DNA of 32,483 bases from Polyangiaceae bacterium (GTDB taxonomy: Bacteria > Myxococcota_A > Polyangia > Polyangiales > Polyangiaceae), in contig JAYTZB010000309.1 of the NCBI GenBank assembly GCA_043742085.1, positions 1 through 32,483 on the forward strand. Reading direction: 5' to 3'. Numbering within the stretch: the first letter of the stretch is position 1; each line of letters opens with the position of its first letter. A program made the position numbers and the translations under genes. Below the pieces are notes generated by a model. The model did not search any database, had not been told where the DNA came from, and was given only the letters and a program-made list of their open reading frames with translations. Positions 22,470 through 31,604 of this stretch are shown in pieces.

Positions 22470-24668
22470 GTGACCCGACGCCATCCCAGGTCCTCTGTCT
22501 TCCTGCTCCTCGCCGCCGCCGGCGGATGCGGTGGCGCCAGTGCGGGCTCGAAGCTGATGACGCCCGAGCCGATGCCGCAAACGGCGCCGGCCCCGAGCGC
22601 CGCGCAGGCAAGGCCCGCCGCTCCGGCGGTGAAGAACGAGGACTTCCTCTACCTCGAGGAGGTGAACGGCGAGAAGGCGCTGGCGTTCGCGCGAGCCCAC
22701 GACGCGGTCTCGGAGAAGCAGCTCGCCGGCGAGCCAGGCTTCCAGGCGCTCCAGGATCGCCTCTTCGCGATCTACAGCTCGAAGGAGCGAATTCCGTCAC
22801 CGCGCATCCAGAACGAGAGCGTGCGGAACTTCTGGACCGACGCCGAGCATCCGCGCGGCCTGTGGCGCCAGACCACGCTCGCCGATTACAAGAAGCCGAA
22901 GCCCACCTGGACCACGCTCCTCGACGTCGACGCGCTCGGAAAGGCGGAGAATCAGAGCTTCGTCTACCACGGCGCGAGCTGCCTCTATCCGCAGTACAAG
23001 CGGTGCCTCGTGCACCTCTCGAAGGGCGGCGGCGACTCCGAGATCGTGCGCGAGTTCGACGTCGACACGAGGTCGTTCGTCCCGGGCGGCTTCGTGCTGC
23101 CCGAGGCGAAGAGCCGTATCGCATGGAAGGACCTGAATACCGTCTACGTGGGCACCGACTTCGGTCCCGACACGCTGACCAAGGCCGGATATCCACGCAC
23201 CGCGCGCGAGTGGAAGCGCGGCACTCCGCTGAGCAGCGCGGTGCAGATCTTCGAGGCCAAGGACACCGACGTCAGCGCCAGCTGCAGCCGCGACTTCGAT
23301 CACGACTGGAAACGCGACTACTGCGTGCGCTCGATCGACTTCGAGCATCACGAGATTTCGCAGTGGAAGGACGGCAAGCTCGTCCGCCTCGACAAGCCCG
23401 AGGACGCCGACTTCGACACGTGGGACGACGAGGTCCTCCTCCGCCTGCGCAGTGACTGGATCACCGGCTCGCCCGCCGTGACGTACAAGAAGGGCAGCCT
23501 CATCGCCTCCGGCCTCGACGCGTTCGTGGCGGGAAAGCGCGAGTTCCAGGTGGTCTTCGAGCCCACGAGGAATTCGTCGCTGTCGGGGTTCAGCGGCTCG
23601 AAGAACCGCATCTTCCTCGACCTGCTCACCGACGTCAGGAGCCAGGTGGTGGTCCTCTCGCGCAAGCCCGGTGACCGGAGCAAGACCCGCTGGGTCGCCG
23701 CTCCGCTCAAGGAGACCGCCGGTTCGATCAGCGTCGACCCCGCCGATCCTCATCACTCGGACGACACGTGGCTCTGGCTCGAGGACTTCACGGTGCCGCC
23801 CACGCTGCTGTCGTGGAATCCGGTGACGCTGAAGCGAGAGCCGATCAAGCAGAACCCGGCGTTCTTCGAAGCCGCGAACGTGGAGGTGAATCAGTATTTC
23901 GCGATATCCAAGGATGGAACGCGGATTCCCTACTTCGAGATCGGTAAGAAAGGGCGCACCGGTCCGACGCCCACCTTGATCGATGCCTATGGTGGATTCG
24001 AGATCTCGCTCTCTCCCGGCTATACGCCGAACGCCGGCGCCGCGTGGATCGAGCGCGGCGGCGTTTTCATCCAGGCGAACCTGCGCGGCGGCGGAGAATA
24101 TGGGCCCGAGTGGCACGAGGCGGCGATGAAGCACCTCCGCCAGAATGCCTATGACGACATGGCAGCCGTGGCCGAGGACGTGCTGCGGCGCGGCGTGGCG
24201 GTGCCCAAGATGCTCGGCATCATCGGCGCCAGCAACGGCGGGCTCCTCACCAGCGTGATGCTGGAGCAGCGACCCGAGCTCTTCGGAGCGGTGGTCAGCA
24301 AGGTCCCCCTCACCGACATGCAGCGCTACCACAAGCTCCTCGCCGGAGCGTCGTGGATGAGCGAGTACGGCGACCCCGACAACGCGGAGGACTGGGCGGC
24401 GCTCTCGAAGTTCTCACCGCTCCACAACGTGAAGCGCGGCGCACCCTATCCGCCGATGTTCTTCACGACGTCGACACGCGACGATCGCGTCCACCCCGGG
24501 CATGCGCGGAAGATGGTGGCGAAGCTCGAGGCGATGGGCCACGCGCCGCTCTACTACGAGAACATCGAGGGCGGTCACGGCGGCGCGGCGGACATCAAGC
24601 AGCGCGCGTACGTCGATGCGCTCGTTTACACCTTCCTCGCCACCCGCCTGGGGCTGACCGTCCCTTGA
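22470..24668 (+). CDS. Prolyl oligopeptidase family serine peptidase (S9A), probable lipoprotein
   Basis: SKDGTRIPY, YGGF, NLRGGGEYGPEWH, GASNGGLL (catalytic Ser), DDRVHP (Asp), GGHGG (His); leader LLLAAAGG|C after GTG 22470. Confidence 0.95.
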   Translation: MTRRHPRSSVFLLLAAAGGCGGASAGSKLMTPEPMPQTAPAPSAAQARPAAPAVKNEDFLYLEEVNGEKALAFARAHDAVSEKQLAGEPGFQALQDRLFAIYSSKERIPSPRIQNESVRNFWTDAEHPRGLWRQTTLADYKKPKPTWTTLLDVDALGKAENQSFVYHGASCLYPQYKRCLVHLSKGGGDSEIVREFDVDTRSFVPGGFVLPEAKSRIAWKDLNTVYVGTDFGPDTLTKAGYPRTAREWKRGTPLSSAVQIFEAKDTDVSASCSRDFDHDWKRDYCVRSIDFEHHEISQWKDGKLVRLDKPEDADFDTWDDEVLLRLRSDWITGSPAVTYKKGSLIASGLDAFVAGKREFQVVFEPTRNSSLSGFSGSKNRIFLDLLTDVRSQVVVLSRKPGDRSKTRWVAAPLKETAGSISVDPADPHHSDDTWLWLEDFTVPPTLLSWNPVTLKREPIKQNPAFFEAANVEVNQYFAISKDGTRIPYFEIGKKGRTGPTPTLIDAYGGFEISLSPGYTPNAGAAWIERGGVFIQANLRGGGEYGPEWHEAAMKHLRQNAYDDMAAVAEDVLRRGVAVPKMLGIIGASNGGLLTSVMLEQRPELFGAVVSKVPLTDMQRYHKLLAGASWMSEYGDPDNAEDWAALSKFSPLHNVKRGAPYPPMFFTTSTRDDRVHPGHARKMVAKLEAMGHAPLYYENIEGGHGGAADIKQRAYVDALVYTFLATRLGLTVP

Positions 24669-24693
24669 AGCGACGCTGCTACTAATTTAGCGG

Positions 24694-26040
24694 CTACGCG
24701 CTGGGGCGGCTTGTGAGGCGCACGCGCAAGCCGCGCTTGGGGCGCAGCGTGACGGAGGGCTCCGGGGTCGGACGCGGACGTGGCATGACGTCGACGCGGT
24801 AGGCGCGCGCCAGCGTCGCGAGGATCAGCACCGCCTCCATCTGCGCGAACGCCTGTCCGATGCAGAAGCGGGGGCCGCCGCCAAACGGGAAATACGCGTA
24901 GCGATGCAGCGTCTTTGCGAGATCCCCGTCCCAGCGCTCGGGTCGGAAGTCGTTCGGGCGCTCGAACCATCGCTCGTCACGCTGGATCGCCCACGGCGAG
25001 AACCAGATCTGCCGTCCCCGCGGCACGCGATAGCCGCCGACCTCGACGTCCTCACGAGCCTCGCGGCCCATCGACCACGCCGGCGGATACATGCGCAGCG
25101 ATTCCGCGATGACGTGCGAGGCGTACCGGAGCTTCGGGAGATCCGCGACCGTGACCGCGCGATCGCCGAGCACCGTGTCGAGCTCGCGCGTGAGCTTCGC
25201 CGTGCTCGAGGGATGCTGCGAGAGAAGGAGCCACGTCCACGAGAGATTCAGCGCCGTCGTCTCGTGACCGGCGAGGAAGATGGTCATGCACTCGTCGCGG
25301 ACCTGCTTGTCGGACATGCGTGACCCGTCCTCGTCCTGCGCGTGGAGGAGCATCGAGAGGAGATCGATGGTCTCCCCCTCCCCGCTCTTGCGACGCCCTT
25401 CGATGAGGCCGTAGATGATCGAGTCCAGCTTCTCCACGGCGCGACCGAAGCGGCGGCGGCTCGGCGTGGGAAGGCGCGCGAGCACCGGAAAGAAGAGCTC
25501 CAGCGGATCCGAGACCACCGAGATGACGGCCTCCAGGGCCACCGCCACCTCCTCCGCCTGGTCTCCGACGTTCGCGCCGAAGAGCGTCTCGGCGACGATC
25601 TCGAGCGTGAGCGTCATCATGTCCTTGTGGACGTCGCGGACCTCGCCGTCGCGCCACTTCGCCGCGAGACGCGAGGCATGCGCCACCATGATCTCCCCGT
25701 ACGACGCGATGCGATCGCGATGAAACGCCGGCTGGGCGAGGCGTCGCTGACGGCGCCAGAAGTCGCCCTCGCTCGACAGGAGACCGTCGCCGAGGACCGG
25801 CCGCATGGTCTGGAGGTGCCGGTCCTTCTTCCAGAGGCGGTTGCGCGTCACCAGCACGTCCTCGACGAGATCCGGATGGCTGAGCAGCGTCACGTCCAGC
25901 GGTCCGAGAGCGAGCTGCACCACGTCGCCATGGCGCTTCCGCATGTTGGTCAGGAAGCGCAGCGGATCGCGCATGAACTGGTGCGCGTTGCCGAGGAACG
26001 GCAAGCGTGGTGCGATCGGTGGACTCGCGGCGGTGATCAC
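24694..26040 (-). CDS. Cytochrome P450
   Basis: [27 protein letters not shown] (I helix), ESLR (ExxR), [14 protein letters not shown] heme motif; GTG start at 26040. Confidence 0.95.
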   Translation of the reverse strand: MITAASPPIAPRLPFLGNAHQFMRDPLRFLTNMRKRHGDVVQLALGPLDVTLLSHPDLVEDVLVTRNRLWKKDRHLQTMRPVLGDGLLSSEGDFWRRQRRLAQPAFHRDRIASYGEIMVAHASRLAAKWRDGEVRDVHKDMMTLTLEIVAETLFGANVGDQAEEVAVALEAVISVVSDPLELFFPVLARLPTPSRRRFGRAVEKLDSIIYGLIEGRRKSGEGETIDLLSMLLHAQDEDGSRMSDKQVRDECMTIFLAGHETTALNLSWTWLLLSQHPSSTAKLTRELDTVLGDRAVTVADLPKLRYASHVIAESLRMYPPAWSMGREAREDVEVGGYRVPRGRQIWFSPWAIQRDERWFERPNDFRPERWDGDLAKTLHRYAYFPFGGGPRFCIGQAFAQMEAVLILATLARAYRVDVMPRPRPTPEPSVTLRPKRGLRVRLTSRPSA

Positions 26041-26072
26041 GGACCTCCAAACGTAGCCCGCTTCGCCCAGCT

Positions 26073-27413
26073 TCAGGGCACCGTGATGACCTTCACGATC
26101 TTGCACGCCACCTTGCCCAGCTTGGTCTTCCGCGGCGGGTGGGCATCGACGATGGCGCGCCGGGTCGCGGGGTCGAAGTCGTAGACGACGAAGTTGCCGA
26201 GCAGCTTGCGAGGCTGGCCGGGCTTCTCGAGATACGTGTGGTCGCCGCCGCCCTCCTGCATCGACGAGAGGAGCATCGTGCCGCCATCGTCCCAGCCGCG
26301 AACGGAGACGTCGTCGACGGTGCGGAGGATGTGGCCGTCCTGCATGTCGGTGATGGCGAGCACGATGGTGGCGCCCTTGCGCGGCCGCGTCTCCCACCAC
26401 TCGATCGATCCGAAGCGCTCGCCCGGAGAGGCGCCCTCCCAGCGGACGCCGGCCTGCTTCGGAGCCGGCGTGGCGGGGATGGCGGTGCACACCGTGCGAT
26501 CGACGACGCCCGTTCCCGGGTCGGCGAATTCGAGACAGAGCTGCGCGCCGGTGCCGCCGCGGGTCAGCATGATGTGCCCGTCGTTCGAGAGGCCGTGGAA
26601 GCTGAAGCCGCCGCCCTCGAGGAGCTTGCGCGGCGGAGACGAGCCATCGAGGCTCCAGGATGCGAGCTGCCTGCCAGTCCGACACAGCGTTCCCTCGGAG
26701 ACGGAGTGCCCGACACAGCGCTCGTAGACCACATAGCGGCCATCGGGCGTGACGTGGGGCTTGAAGACGTCGTCGGTGTCGACGATCTCGAACGACTGCC
26801 CTCCGTCCGCCGAGTGATGGAGGCGACCGTCGACCACGAAGACGTGGTGACCGTCCTTGCTCCACACGACGTTGTCGAAATACAGCTCCGTCAGGCCGAA
26901 CCTTCGCGCCAGGCCGATCTGGTTGCGCAGCTCGGCGCGCTCCTCCGCTGCTTCGAGGAGCTTCGGGGCGGAAGCGGCGCGCCTGGCATCGCCGAGGACG
27001 CGTCCGTTGTTCACATCGTGGAGCGTGGCGAGCACCTTCGGTTGTCGATACGACTCGACGGCGCAGCCGCGGGCGAGATCGACGACGACAGAGTAGTGCG
27101 GATCGCGATCCTCGACGACGGCGGTGAACCAGGCGTGCGTGGCATTCGCGCCGAGGAGCAGGAAGCCGTCGCTGGGCAGCGCAGGATCGAGGGGCTGCAC
27201 CGGCGGCGCGGCCGGCGCCTCGATCACCAGGGCCCGCGCCGGTGGCGGCCGTGGCACCGATGGAGCGTCGGCGACGAGCGGGCGTTCGAGCGCCGCCGAG
27301 GCGACCGGCGCGAGCAACGGCCCGGGCAGCGGCGGCGGCGGCCCCGCCCCGCCGCACGAAGCCTGGAGCGCTGCGACCGTGAGGGCGAGGGCGGTCATGC
27401 GAAGCCGCTTCAC
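26073..27413 (-). CDS. Hypothetical lipoprotein, beta-rich (possible beta-propeller)
   Basis: Leader ...ALQAS|C; Pro-rich linker; propeller-like turns WSKDGHHV, TPDGRYVVY, SPGERF; BNR/Asp-box-like SADGGQSF. Confidence 0.7.
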   Translation of the reverse strand: MKRLRMTALALTVAALQASCGGAGPPPPLPGPLLAPVASAALERPLVADAPSVPRPPPARALVIEAPAAPPVQPLDPALPSDGFLLLGANATHAWFTAVVEDRDPHYSVVVDLARGCAVESYRQPKVLATLHDVNNGRVLGDARRAASAPKLLEAAEERAELRNQIGLARRFGLTELYFDNVVWSKDGHHVFVVDGRLHHSADGGQSFEIVDTDDVFKPHVTPDGRYVVYERCVGHSVSEGTLCRTGRQLASWSLDGSSPPRKLLEGGGFSFHGLSNDGHIMLTRGGTGAQLCLEFADPGTGVVDRTVCTAIPATPAPKQAGVRWEGASPGERFGSIEWWETRPRKGATIVLAITDMQDGHILRTVDDVSVRGWDDGGTMLLSSMQEGGGDHTYLEKPGQPRKLLGNFVVYDFDPATRRAIVDAHPPRKTKLGKVACKIVKVITVP

Positions 27414-27470
27414 CCTTCGATTCTAGCGCTAACGAGGGTCAGGCATCGTCGCGTCGGTTCAGGAAACTCC

Positions 27471-27497
27471 AACCAGGTCGGGCGCGGGGGCGTCCAA
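27471..27497 (+). promoter_or_regulatory. Putative ECF-sigma promoter
   Basis: AAC(27471-3)-N17-CGTCCAA(27491-7) upstream of the Beta_propel gene. Confidence 0.4.
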
Positions 27498-27556
27498 GGT
27501 CGGCGATGGGTCAGCCGCTTCAGATCCTCGCGCCACCTCGAACGTCACAGGGTCCC

Positions 27557-29932
27557 ATGGCACTGACGCGACACGTCACTCTCGCATCCACCGTTCTTCT
27601 GGGCGTCGCGACGGTCGCGAGCTGCGCTTCTCCGTCGGCCACCACCCGTCCGCTACGCAACGCAGGTTCGGCCGCTGCGCCGGGCGCGTCCGCTGTGCCC
27701 GCCACCCAGGCCGAGCGCGTGGCACGCCATGCGCGACCCGCCGTGGCGCAGCGTCCACCGCCGCCGCGAACCACGACCGCCATGAAGGGCGAGCCCTCGG
27801 GCGCGGCGGCCAGCGAAGCGAGGCTCGTCGCCACCTCGTGCGAGAAGGCCTCTGCGGAGCAGATCGAGACGCGGGTGAAGGAGATGCGCACCGCCGTCGA
27901 TCGATCGTTCAAGGACTGGCACGACGGTCAGCCCGACTGCTGGGCGCAATCGCGCGAAGAGGCGGAGTACCAGAAGCAGGCGCTCCTCGACGCAAGCGGG
28001 TACAGCGGTCTCGCCAAGCTCTCGCCCCGCCCTCGTTACTCGGCGGCCCCGGCGGACTTTTCGTCCGCGCTCAGCGCGGCGGCCGGAAAACCGATGCCGT
28101 CGGCGGCGCCTCCGTCCGCTCCCCCGCCCAAGTCGGCGAGGGCGGGCGACGGCGGCGGTGGCGCCGGTGCCGGCGCCGACGAGAGGAAGGACTCCAGCCC
28201 AGCCGCGGCGCGCAGCGCGTCGGGTACGAACAACCAGGTCGCCTCCGTCGACGAGGCCGACATCGTCAAGACCGACGGACGTTACGTGTATCTTGCAGCC
28301 AACGGCGCCCTCCGCATCGTCGAGGCCCTCGCGCCGAAGATGCTCTCGGTCACCATGCTGCCCGGGAACGCCCGCGAGCTCTTCGTCGAGGGCGATCGCG
28401 CCGTGGTCTTCTCGTCCACCGGAAATATCGGCAAGCGATGCACCTACGCGTACGACTGCACCTTCGCTGGCGACGGCTCCGCCACCAACGTCATCGTGCT
28501 CGACATCAGCGATCGCAAGGCGCCGAAGGTGCTCCGCCAGATCGACCTCTCCGGGTCGCTCATCGCCGCACGCCGCATCGGCAATGCCGTGCACACCGTG
28601 GTCTCCGACGGTGACACGCAGACGCCGCCCTACGAGACATGGCCTGCCGACTTCGAGATGTGCGGGACGATGGAGCCTGCGGTGCGCACGAAGTTCGCCA
28701 AGCTCAAGGTCGACAACGAGCGCAAGATCCGGGCGCAGGTCTCGTCGTTCCCCACCATCAGCGAGAAGGGCAACGTGCAGCCGATGTGCACCGGCCTGCT
28801 CCGCACTGCCGTACGTGACGGCCAGGCGTTCACGTCGGTGGTGTCGTTCGATCTCCGCGACGATAAGGCGCCCGCGACCACGGCCACGCTCGAGAGCCGG
28901 CCCGGCGCGGTCTTCGCCTCTGCCGACGCGCTCTACCTCTCCGTCGTCCACCAGAAGCAGAACGCCGGTGGCCGCTGGTACAGCTCGTCCTACGCGAACG
29001 TCGACGAGGCGAGCGAGATCCACAAGTTCAAGATCGGCGAGAACGCCAGGGACACACGCTACATCGGCAGCGGCCTCGTCCCCGGCCATGTGCTCGACCA
29101 GTTCGCGATGGATGAGTGGTCCGGTTACCTCCGCGTCGCCACCACGCGCGGTCGCGTCCCGGATCCCAAGGTCTCGAGCGCCATCTCGATCATGGCCGAG
29201 GGCAAGGACGGCAACCTCGTGCGCGTCGGCGCCGTCGAGAACATCGCCCCCGGCGAGGACATCCGCGCCGTGCGCTTCGACGACGACCGCGGCTACGTGG
29301 TCACGTTCAAGAAGACCGACCCGTTGTTCGTGGTCGATCTCTATCAGCCCGCGCATCCCGCCATCCTCGGCGAGCTCAAGATCCCCGGCTTCTCGACGTA
29401 CATCCATCGCATCGATCCCGATCACCTCCTCTCGATCGGCTTCGATGCCAACGACCACGGCGATTTTGCGTACTTCGACGGCGTGATCCTCCAGCTCTTC
29501 GACGTGAACAACCCGACCGATCCGCGTCTCGTCCACAGGGAGAAGATCGGCAGCCGAGGCTCGAGCTCGGGGGCCGCCACCGATCACCTGGCGTTCAACT
29601 ACTTCGCGAGCGAGGGCCTGCTGGCCATCCCGATGACCATCTGCGACGGCGGCGGCGATGGACGCAACGGCGACCATCTCAGCTTCAGCGGCCTGCTCGT
29701 CTACGACGTCGATCTCGAGAAGGGCTTCACGCGGCTCGGTGGCGTGGACCACGGAAGCGCGGTTAAGGGCGCCGATTGCAACACCTGGTGGTCGGACGCG
29801 AAGTCCGCGGTGAAGCGCAGCGTGTTCCTCGACGACCTCGTCTACTCGATCGCCAGCGACCGCGTGAAGGTCCAGCGCATGGGCCATTTTGGCGACGACC
29901 TTGCGGATCTGTCGCTCACGACGGCCGAGTGA
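27557..29932 (+). CDS. Secreted beta-propeller domain lipoprotein (Beta_propel family)
   Basis: SGTNNQVASVDEADIVKTDGRYVY, VPGHVLDQFAMDE..GYLRVATT, GEDIRAVRF...RGYVVTFKKTDPLFVVDL, GELKIPGFSTYIH; leader ...VAS|C; alternative start 27506. Confidence 0.88.
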   Translation: MALTRHVTLASTVLLGVATVASCASPSATTRPLRNAGSAAAPGASAVPATQAERVARHARPAVAQRPPPPRTTTAMKGEPSGAAASEARLVATSCEKASAEQIETRVKEMRTAVDRSFKDWHDGQPDCWAQSREEAEYQKQALLDASGYSGLAKLSPRPRYSAAPADFSSALSAAAGKPMPSAAPPSAPPPKSARAGDGGGGAGAGADERKDSSPAAARSASGTNNQVASVDEADIVKTDGRYVYLAANGALRIVEALAPKMLSVTMLPGNARELFVEGDRAVVFSSTGNIGKRCTYAYDCTFAGDGSATNVIVLDISDRKAPKVLRQIDLSGSLIAARRIGNAVHTVVSDGDTQTPPYETWPADFEMCGTMEPAVRTKFAKLKVDNERKIRAQVSSFPTISEKGNVQPMCTGLLRTAVRDGQAFTSVVSFDLRDDKAPATTATLESRPGAVFASADALYLSVVHQKQNAGGRWYSSSYANVDEASEIHKFKIGENARDTRYIGSGLVPGHVLDQFAMDEWSGYLRVATTRGRVPDPKVSSAISIMAEGKDGNLVRVGAVENIAPGEDIRAVRFDDDRGYVVTFKKTDPLFVVDLYQPAHPAILGELKIPGFSTYIHRIDPDHLLSIGFDANDHGDFAYFDGVILQLFDVNNPTDPRLVHREKIGSRGSSSGAATDHLAFNYFASEGLLAIPMTICDGGGDGRNGDHLSFSGLLVYDVDLEKGFTRLGGVDHGSAVKGADCNTWWSDAKSAVKRSVFLDDLVYSIASDRVKVQRMGHFGDDLADLSLTTAE

Positions 29933-29948
29933 TCAGGGCGACGCGCGT

Positions 29949-31058
29949 TCAGAGGGAGAGATGACCGTGGAGGACGAGCTGCTCCTCGCCCACGATCCAG
30001 ATGTCGTCGAGCGAGGTGCCGCCCACCGCGTAGAGGTTCTTCACGGTCGGTGACGGGCGGATCAGCACCTTCCCGGTCTTCTTGTCGTAGGTCATGATGC
30101 GGCCGGCATCGCCGACGCAGACGATCTGGTCGCCGGAGGGTCCCCAGATTCCCCAGATCCATCGGTTCGGGTTCTGGAGCTGGTCCTTCTCCTCGTTGAG
30201 CTGGAAGACCGGTCCGCCCGGGCTCGTGAAGCTCCAGAGTCCGTAATAGTTGGCGCCCTGGTAGATCTGGACGGTGGGACCGGGAAAGCCCCACATCGTC
30301 CGGAACGAGCGCGTTCGGTCGATGGGGTCCTCGAACAGGCGCCAGGTGGTGCCGTCGGTCGAGAAGAGCGTGCTATCGGCGTCGGCGGCGGCCATCACCG
30401 CCTTCGTCGAATTCCCGCCTATCGCATAGATGATTGGCGCAAACAGGGTATCTGCGACATTCGGCGGAAGTGGCAACTGGAAGCCATTGCCGAGTGGATC
30501 ATTCGGAGGGCCGCTGTAGATCACGCCGTCGTTGCCGCCGGCATAACGAATCCTGTCGATCCCCCACACGGTGCGAAGCCCGTGCGGTGCGGTTCCGATC
30601 TGCGCCCACACACCGTTGCCGCGCCGGAAGATGGGGCCCTTGTTGGTATTCTTCTGCGTGGCCACCGCGAGCGCTTCGGTCGAGCCCGACGACCAGATCC
30701 CGGTCACGTCGACGCCCGGTCCGAGGACGACGGTCTGCCATTCGGCGCCCGCCTTCTCGAGGATGACGCCGTCGTCACCGGCGAGGTAGACCTGCTCGGT
30801 GGTCGTGACCGAGAGCGCTCGCAGCGCGCCGGCCTCGGGCATGTGACGCACGATGGTGAAGCCGGTCTCCGGGAGCTCGCTCGCGTCGTCGCCAGCGTCG
30901 AGATCCGCGATGCCTGCGTCGGTCTCCGCGCCGGCGTCGAGCGGAGCGTTCTTCAAGGTCGGGCAGCCGACGAGGACCAGGCCCGTCAGCAGTGCCAGCG
31001 GGACGAGCGGCGCTACGAGCAGCGCGCGCGAGAAGAGGTGGCTCGGTCGCCGCTTCAT
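29949..31058 (-). CDS. Lipoprotein with WD40/YVTN/BNR-like '(I/V)WG' propeller repeats
   Basis: Leader ...VLVG|C; about seven repeats such as VTGIWSS, LRTVWG..YAGG.DG.I, FRTMWG, IWGIWG..IVCVGDAGRI, LYAVGG..DDIWIVGE. Confidence 0.8.
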   Translation of the reverse strand: MKRRPSHLFSRALLVAPLVPLALLTGLVLVGCPTLKNAPLDAGAETDAGIADLDAGDDASELPETGFTIVRHMPEAGALRALSVTTTEQVYLAGDDGVILEKAGAEWQTVVLGPGVDVTGIWSSGSTEALAVATQKNTNKGPIFRRGNGVWAQIGTAPHGLRTVWGIDRIRYAGGNDGVIYSGPPNDPLGNGFQLPLPPNVADTLFAPIIYAIGGNSTKAVMAAADADSTLFSTDGTTWRLFEDPIDRTRSFRTMWGFPGPTVQIYQGANYYGLWSFTSPGGPVFQLNEEKDQLQNPNRWIWGIWGPSGDQIVCVGDAGRIMTYDKKTGKVLIRPSPTVKNLYAVGGTSLDDIWIVGEEQLVLHGHLSL

Positions 31059-31077
31059 CGAGTCTCGATGCTACCAG

Positions 31078-31548
31078 TCAGTCCGTGGCGGCGTCGCTCG
31101 CGGCGGCCGCGTCCTTCGAGCCCGCGTCCACCGTGGGCGAGGTGCCGCCCGTGCAGACGTGGAAGATCGTGGACGTGCCCTGGATGCCGGCGGCGGAGCA
31201 GGTCTCGCCCGTCGCGCAGCCGTGCGTGGTGCTGCCGACCTCGCAGTAGTTCGTGCACTGGCCGCCGCTCTGCACGACCTGCAAGCACGTGAGCCCGTCG
31301 CCGCACGTGGTCATGCCGGGGGTGTTGATGCAGGACGAGCCCTTCGTGCCGTTGCCGCTCTTGATGCATGCGAACGCGCCGGTCGCGTCCTTGGCCGAGC
31401 AGGTCTGGCCGGCGGGACACGTGAACGGGCTCGCCGCGCAGCCTTCGGCGCCGGACGCGTCGGACGTGGACGAGGAGCACGCGGTCGCGGCGACGGACGT
31501 GGCGACGGTGGCGGCGGCGATGAAGAGAAGAGAGCCGAGAATGCGCAT
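31078..31548 (-). CDS. Small Cys-rich lipoprotein
   Basis: Leader ...AATA|C; repeated CPAGQTC, CGDGLTC and CATGETC modules. Confidence 0.8.
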   Translation of the reverse strand: MRILGSLLFIAAATVATSVAATACSSSTSDASGAEGCAASPFTCPAGQTCSAKDATGAFACIKSGNGTKGSSCINTPGMTTCGDGLTCLQVVQSGGQCTNYCEVGSTTHGCATGETCSAAGIQGTSTIFHVCTGGTSPTVDAGSKDAAAASDAATD

Positions 31549-31604
31549 GGCCGGGACGGTAGCACGGGCCTGACGGGCGCGCCGTCCGGGGCTACGCTGT
31601 CGCG

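Noticed and set aside
24669-24700. Possible bidirectional terminator GCTGCTA-ctaatt-TAGCGGC between the converging oligopeptidase and P450 genes
   Set aside because: Weak stem with no U-tract on either strand.
24694-27357. 887-aa 'P450 fusion' in the ORF track
   Set aside because: The first about 440 aa are Arg-rich off-frame translation overlapping the real 26073-27413 gene; the P450 begins near 26040.
30400-30660. Local patch of more AT-rich codons inside the propeller lipoprotein (similar patch near 23880-24160)
   Set aside because: The frame is intact, there are no junction signatures, and significance cannot be assessed by eye.
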